From assembly GCF_009914755.1 (NCBI RefSeq), contig NC_060927.1: a stretch of 64,000 bases of DNA, one strand, 5' to 3'. Numbering within the stretch: the stretch's first letter is position 1; each line of letters opens with the position of its first letter. Below the pieces are notes generated by a model that did no database searches, had not been told where the DNA came from, and was given only the letters and a program-made list of their open reading frames with translations. Position numbers and translations under genes: made by a program. Shown here piece after piece: positions 56,582-64,000 of this stretch. Origin of the DNA: the human T2T-CHM13v2.0 reference genome, Homo sapiens.

Positions 56582-57447
56582 GTATCCTGTAATTTTTTTG
56601 AATTGTTTTAAAGATTTCTATGTGATTAATGATCTATATTTCTTAAATTCAAAAAAATCTGGGCCTTTATTTTGTTGAATATTGCCTCTCACTCTGACTT
56701 TATTACGGAACTGTATTAGACATATGTTACTGAATCTATCATTTTGACTCAAAACTTCTTTTCAGGTCACCTCTAACTTAACTTCTGAGTTACATTTTCT
56801 ATGATTTTTTTTTCAAGGTCATCTTTTCCTGGCTTATTGTCTTAACGGAATTTACCATCTAACAGTCTATAAAATGTACTTACTGTCTTTGTAATTACTT
56901 ATAATTTCAGGGGCTGTATTTCTTAATGTTGACTTTGTTCCTAACTTAAAACTACCTACCCTTCTTTTATACCCTTAGTGTTTCCATTGTGATTTCTATT
57001 TTTTAAATCTTCTTAATCATTTACCACTTGGGTATTAATATTATCATTTAGTTTATAAATTATTATTTCCAATTCTTGGGTGCTAGTCTCCCTCTCTGTT
57101 GCTTTCACAAACTTTCCTTCATAGTGGATAGTTTCCTCTTTTATTATATAATTTTTTAATGTGAGCTAATGCTTAGTGGGATTCTTTGTACTCTAGGAAA
57201 TCTAAAGTGTTCTGACGTATGAGAGGGTTTCTGTAAAGTGGTTTATTTCCTCTGTGGCTTTAGGAATTTCAGTGGTATGGTAGGCATTATTCATAGATGG
57301 CCCTTATGAGCTTTGTGTCTTAATATTACCCCATGATTCTGTTATATTACATGGTCATGATGGTCAACTTTAGGTGCAAACTTGGCTAGGCTATAGTCCC
57401 CAGTTATTCAATTTAATAATAATCTAAGTATGCCTGTGAAGTATATA

Positions 57448-58538
57448 CCAAACAGTATCTGAGACAGATCTCGACCAATTTAGAAGTTTATTTTGCAAAG
57501 GTTAAAAATTGATGTGGACTGGCTCTGTGTCCCCAGCTAAATCTCATCTTGAATTGTAATCTGAATTGTAATCCCTACATGTTGGAGGTGGGACCTCATG
57601 GGAGCTGATCAGATCATGGGGGCTGCTGCCCCATGCTGTTCCCATGATAGTGAGTTCTCACAAGATGGTTTTATAAGAGGATATTTCCCTGTTTGTATTC
57701 ATTTCTCTCTCCTGCCACCCTGTGAAGAGGTGCTTTCTGTCATGATTTTAAGTTTCCTGAAGCCTCCCAAGCCATGAGGAACTGTGAGTCAATTAAACCT
57801 CTTTTCTTTATAAATTGCCCAGTCTCGGGTATTTCTTCATAGCAGTGTGAGAACGGGCTAATAGAAAGATGATGACCGATGAACCTCAGGTGGTCCTAAG
57901 AACAAGTGTTTGAGGTGGTTGGGTTACAGCTTGATTATATACATTTTAGGGATATGTAAGTTACAAGCAAAGACATAAATTAATACATGTAAGCTATACA
58001 TCGGTTTGGCCCAAAAAGGCAAAGGGTGGAGCAGGGGAAGGAGTGTGCTTCCAAGTGGATTTCAAGGTTTCCTGACTGGTAATTTGTTGAAAACATTGAA
58101 CTTTTCCTGAAAAGGTGAAATCAGCTTGAGTTACAGTAAGGGTGGTGGTGGTGGGGACTGTGCAAGCCAAGGTTCTTGTCATGTAGATGAAGCCTCCTGG
58201 TAGCAGGCTTCATAGAGAATAGATGCGAATGTCTGCTAGGGAAGTTGTTATACTTTAGGAAAGACCTAGTAAGGGAAGGAGATTCTCTACAGAATGAAAA
58301 ATGTCCCTATAAGAGACAGCTTTGCCCTGCTATTTCACAACATGTCAAAGAAATATATCTTGGGGTAAAATATTTTGATTTCCTTTTAGGGCTTGTTATC
58401 TGTCATTTGATGTTATATCAGAGTCACGTTGGAGTTCGTATCTTATTGCTACAGAATCTGTTCTGTCAGTCTTAGGATCTCTATTTTAATGTTAATGCTA
58501 GTCTGTTGTGCCTGAACTCCAAAATGGGGAGAGGCATT
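57448..58538 (-). mobile_element. MER4-family (ERV1) LTR interrupted by a THE1 LTR; preceded by an MLT2 5' stub (57357-57445)
   Basis: TATCTGAGACAG...AATTTAGAAGTTTATTTTGC, GTTGGGTTACAGCTTG, GGAGATTCTCTACAGAATG, GGGGTAAAATATTTTGATTTCCTT. Confidence 0.85.
57510..57865 (+). mobile_element. THE1D-type solo LTR
   Basis: TGATGTGGACTGGCTCTGTGTCCCC...AATTAAACCTCTTTTCTTTATAAATTGCCCAGTCTCGGGTA...CTAATAGA; TSD AAAAT/AAGAT. Confidence 0.95.
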
Positions 58539-59334
58539 AGGACTTCAACATACAAATTTTGGGACACAGTTTATCCCATGATGGAGATACTGGATGATCA
58601 CTTGTCAGGATGTTGTCCAGAGGCTACTTCTCATGAAAAGTAGATTTTAAAAAAGGCTACTAATACTAGGAATCTATGATTCAACACTCCTAAAAACCAC
58701 AATGGAAAGTTTCATATAAAAGAATATTCTTTATAATTTTAGAAGGGTCAAACTTTAAGTTTCCTAAACCCTATTTACTCTCAATTAGTATCTCCTCATA
58801 ACTTCCAAGCTATTTCTTATCTGTTAAATCTGGACAGAAACTTTTGATACATATGGAGGGGATATAACACGTAACTATCTGCTTTATTATTTTAATGATA
58901 ATTCAAATGTTACATGTTTTTCAAATATTATTGTGAGTCAAATGATTCAATCTAAAATAACTTTTTAGAGATAAATGTACATGAATAAGTACATTTTAAG
59001 TAAAATTAAGCTTATTATAACTTACTTATTTTAGATTGTTTATAGTTAAGATTTTAGAATTGTCTTTATTTAATACGTTTAGGGTTAGCCTGAGGCTTCT
59101 CTAGGTCGGGGAGCCTCAAGAAAGAATGGAAAAGAAATAATGAAGCAGAAGTGGTCTGTGTTTTTTACAGAAAAAAAAAACAACAAGATAAGTTGCTATC
59201 TTGAAACTTCCAAGCTAAACAACATAATTATAAGAAAAATCAGGATCAGGTGGTAGAATGAGAGTACAGTTTCACAGTCAAATAAATTCCTTGGAGACAG
59301 ATACTTCAGCTTTAAGTAGTCTTCCAATCTGACA

Positions 59335-59610
59335 AAGGCAATACAGGGAATATAGTGTATATTACATAATACCCCTTCTAAGCCTAGGATACTGCCCTAT
59401 AACTAAAGATAATGGAATACAAAATATAAATATTAATACTAAGTAGATAAATGAAGAATATGCATGTCTTTTATAAGTTAAGGTGATGTTTCAATGCTTA
59501 ATTAAGTTCAAGTTAGTCAGATTTTACCATCAAAATACACTAAAATAAATTTAAAGATTTTGAAGCTCTTGGATTTCAGAATTTTTAATATGCAATTATG
59601 GACTGGCATA
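59335..59610. mobile_element. Old hAT-Charlie MITE (MER103-like, tentative)
   Basis: ATATTACATAATACCCC, GTCAGATTTTACCATCAAAA and TTGGATTTCAGAATT...ATTATGGACT resemble MER103. Confidence 0.5.
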
Positions 59611-62600
59611 AACATTCAATGAGCTGTGTATTTAGTGGGGAAAAGATGAGATCCTGAAAATCAGGGTAAAATGTGTGATTCTTCCATAAATATCAAAGAA
59701 CATCTTGACAATAGGGCTTTCCAAATAACTATAAATTTGTTTAAGGAACTTAACTGGACACATCCCTTTCATGTAGCATTTGCACTGGCTTTTTAAAACC
59801 TGTACATTTATAATTCCATCTGAGTAGGAACATATTTTACCACTATTAGCACTAAATAAATATTGTGATGTCAAAAGGTAACCAAACCCCCAAATTGTTG
59901 GCCATGTGCTGCCTCACAGATCCCCTGACTTCTGTTTTCCTTTGGGAGAAGAGCAATGTTTGTCAGTAATTGGACACTGTCATTCTAAAGGGGTCCTAAG
60001 CCCACAGATGCCACCATAGCTGGGAGGAATCTGATTTGCAACTTAACTAAAACAAAGTCATTTACTTCTTTTGTTGCTCTGCAAAGGCAATTAGAAGCAG
60101 AGCAGCAGCTGCATATAATAGTAGAATAAGGCTGAATGAGGAGTGTGTGTGTACGTGTGCTTTGCATTTTAAAGCAGGTATAAATAAGCACTCTTTTCAT
60201 CTTTTCATTTATTTTAATTCTCTCAAAGAAGCCAGAGTTAGGAACTTTGGAAAAGAACAGGGAGAACCTTGTAAGAGAGCTTATTTGTCATCAATCTCTG
60301 CTTTTCATTTCTGTCGGTTTTAATTCCAGGATGCATTCCCATGACTTAAGTGATCCTTCACTCTAGTTCTGTGTTTAGGATTTTTGCAATGACAAAGAGC
60401 TTAAATATACCACATCTTGATCCTCTGCTAACAACATTTGTCACAATTAAAACAAACATTTACTTCTTGTGCTAAATGGTTTTCCTGACAATCTCTGGCC
60501 TTTGTTCCATCTTTGCTATCTGTTCTCCTGAGGCTGTTTTCCTTAATCTAACTAAACCAACTGAGAGATCAAGGATTGGGGCTTGTTTAAGTAAAGAAGA
60601 TAGAAACACCTTTCTATTAAAACTGCTTTTGAAACAAACTCCATCCTTTAATTTTACTTTAATAGTTTCTCCTACCACCTATGTTTTCAGTTAAAAAAAG
60701 CTTCCTTGTCATCCTCATAAGTGACAAACGGTTAAAATTACTGATGGCAACAGCAATGCGCTGGATAGTAGTTAATTATGCTCTCGTACATGTCTTTCAT
60801 TAAGGTGCTGTTTTCTTCACCAGAGTCCTCAATAAAGCATTTCTCAAAGGGCCCTTTAGGAATCTGTGCAAGAAGGAACAGTCTATCAGGGAGCTCCAGG
60901 CGGGATGCAGAGCTGAAGCCTGTGAGGCGGTATTATTGAGCCTGAGTAATGCAAGCTGACAAGGCCTGATCAATGGGATTCTCTGGGGTTATAGTCTGAC
61001 AAATGCAGGCTCCATGACAAGCATAGTTTTCTAAACAATGTGAGGCTTTATTTACTGGTTCATTGGTTATGAAAAAGACTTAGTCCAGAAGAAGAATTGG
61101 GATTTAATGAAGAAATTGTCCCCAGTAGTTGAAAGCAATATGACTTGATGGTATTATCAATGATGGGCTTATTGGTATTCATACTTTTCATCCTATGGCA
61201 TCAGTAAAATCTCTGGCTAAAAAGCATTACTAAGGAATTGCCTAGTGGCAAATTTGGGTGAGAAGAGTCATATTTCTGGACTTGGCATCTTTGTGTTTGC
61301 CAAGGTATGCCAAAGGTGAAAACTAGCACCGTCCAATGGCTTTGAAGCTTTGGCTTCTAAAATATGTTCCATTATAATAGTCTTGACTATGATGTTTTGT
61401 ATCTTCACTTTAGAGCAGTCTTTCTTTACTTTACTGTTTTGTAATATTCCATATCTAATGAAAATAACTTTAAAATAAAATTTGGAAAGGAGTACTCTTT
61501 ACTTGGTTTTTACTACATTGGAAACTACATCTTTGAAACTAGTTACATTGTTTTTCCTAGATGAGATATGCTTAGTAACAGAAAGAGGAGGCTTTTAAAG
61601 TAAGATCTTCAGAGATAATGCAGTTCTTGTTGAGAGAGATTGAGAAGCACCCATATAACATGAAGTGACAGTTAGTACACAGGATTTTAATCTCAGTCTT
61701 CTGTTCCTCTGGTCTAAACAACTGACAATAACCCATAACAAGTATATGTAAGAAAACAGTTCTTTCAGACTATTGCCTTGTCCCACATCATTTATGTTAG
61801 GATGGCAGCTTCTTAACTTTTAGGTCCGTGTTACTAAGCTTTTAGAATGATTGAAGTTTTTCAAATCATAGGTTTCGTTATCACCTAGCATACTTTGAAA
61901 ATTGTTGGCCGTGTTTCCATAATGTTACGGCTCTCTGTTAACCTTTGTGATTCATCCACGTCTGCTAGTGGCTCAACTATATTGTGTTATTATTGTTATT
62001 TTTATTATTCTTATTGGTAGAATGACAGAGGAAGAGTCATGTTCGAAATCTCTATCTCCTTGGAGAATGAGAAGGAAAGAGATATCCAATTATCAAGAGA
62101 TATGGAAGCCATGATGTTTTCTATGCAACACTATTCAGTATAATCACCTTTCTTATTCACTTCACCCTGAATTCCCTATAGTCAAAAGAAGGATTGGCAC
62201 CACTTCGATTAATATTTAAATTTAATACACTATCTTCAAGTCAATCCCATGCTTGGAGTAATGTATTCTTCTGATAGATGCATAGCTTTTGTCCAAAACA
62301 ACTCCTTAATTTGCTTTAAAATCAACCAGTACTTTGTCACAATTTTCAAATCCTTTTTTTGCTTCTATTGTGAGGCCCTATTAGTATCTGCAAGAACTTC
62401 TTAAAATGTGAAGATGACTATAATCATAACATTTCTTTATGAAGTTCAAATTCCACAAATTCTTTCATTAATATCACTGAATTCATGTCCTATAATAGCT
62501 AAAAGGAGAGGGTTTTTAGTCCACAAATACAGAGAGGTAAAATGTAGAAAATGAGTGAGTTTACAAAGAAAATTCATATAGATTAGATTAAGTACACTGA

Positions 62601-63436
62601 TTAATCTACAAATCCACCTTAAGTTCTCTCAGACCTGAATTTAAGCCTTTTGACTTCCAAACAAGTATTTTATTATGCAGTTTATCCTAAATTCTCCCTA
62701 ATGACAATAAAATCTTTGAGTCTTGAAAAAAGCATGAAATTAGAATTCAGTGTTTGCATTACCATTTCAGCCTTTCTCTTCACTTCTGTCTAATAGTGTA
62801 GAAGGTTTGGCAACTTCTCTGGGCTTGTCTAATGACTGGTTTCTCTTGGCATTTAGCCCTGTTGGTCTCACTTTATTTACTTATGCAGAATATCCCAGAT
62901 AAAGGAAGATTATTTGAGAACTTTACAATAAATAAATGAATTTTTAAGTGCCTACAATAATTTCTAAATCAAAGCTTTCTTTTATAAGTCACTGATAAAA
63001 GAAATACATCAGGCCAATTTAAAAGAGGAAAAGTAATGTCAATATAGAAATTTTATGCACATGTTTGTGTGTGTGAGGGACCAGATAAGATAAAGAAATG
63101 ATAATCTCTAGGTGAAATATTTCTGCAGTCAAATCATTTGCTTTTCTTTCTGATAGTAGTTCTCACAAATTTAAATAGTTTTCTTTTTCTTTCTGATGGA
63201 CTAAAGATATCTCAGGAGTTCATATGAAGGACAAAAACAAAACAAAACCTGTATATCTCAAACTGCTCCCAAGGAAACCACTGTGTGACTTTATGTTAAT
63301 TTCCCTGTTTTATTATATGTTGCCATGATGTTCAAATAAAACCTTTCGAGTCGAAGACTTGAAGTACAGAAATATAATGTGAAGATGGAAATATAATCAC
63401 CAAATTCGTGACAGTATCTACATTATCTGGAATTAA

Positions 63437-63480
63437 ACACACACACATACACACACACACAAACACACACACAACACATA
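63437..63480. repeat. Imperfect (CA)n microsatellite
   Basis: Interrupted CA repeats. Confidence 0.9.
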
Positions 63481-64000
63481 TCCACCGATAATCATTCTTT
63501 TCAGATTTTAAAACTTTTCCCTTCTACCAAAATTATTACTTTTGCTAAGTGCCCAAATGATTATATGAGTTATAATATGAGTTAAAATATTTGGAGAAAG
63601 AAAATTTGCTTGAAAATGCAGAAAATTTTTAGATTTTGCCACAACTAAGCTCTTTAAAAGAATGTATTTACTCTGTCTCTCTCTGGACTTGCATGAAGAA
63701 CCAAAACTTAGTAAATGTAGGGGCACGTGAATTTTTATATAACTATGAGATCACAGAATATAGTTGCTTCTTATTTTTTTCTAAAATGTGTAGCTCAGAG
63801 ACATCCTGATTAACAAAAATAATCCACACTTAAGACATGTAGATTTTTTTGTTGACTTGTTAGTCCTGATGAAAAATTGATAAACAGATAACTGAATATA
63901 CACACATGCATACACATGTAAAATAATTTCAATATGTTATTTGTTTACTGATTACCTCTTGGACCAAATGATTCCAAAAGGACTCAGTCTTAGTATTTTT

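Overview
This is AT-rich, CpG-depleted primate genomic DNA (AluY, THE1 and L1PA-type repeats; probably human). It is intronic or intergenic and dominated by interspersed repeats. I can support no host protein-coding exon, RNA gene or CpG island, and nearly every ORF in the track is a by-product of Alu, L1, LTR or simple-repeat sequence. The centre (about 11.4-26.6 kb) is a deep nest: an old L1M holds a near full-length minus-strand L1PA13-16-type LINE, which holds two solo MaLR LTRs and a TSD-bounded THE1 element. In that THE1 element, most of the 5' LTR and the 5' internal region are replaced by 1.7 kb of same-sense ERVL pol, and an ERVK-type solo LTR inserted later. The two observations most worth following up are this THE1/ERVL-pol chimera (19405-23416) and a near-perfect ~100-bp inverted repeat around a 302-bp spacer that I do not recognise as a transposon (42892-43407). 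I do not see evidence for a new multi-gene biological system. Repeat subfamily names come from recalled consensus sequences and need confirming with RepeatMasker/Dfam.
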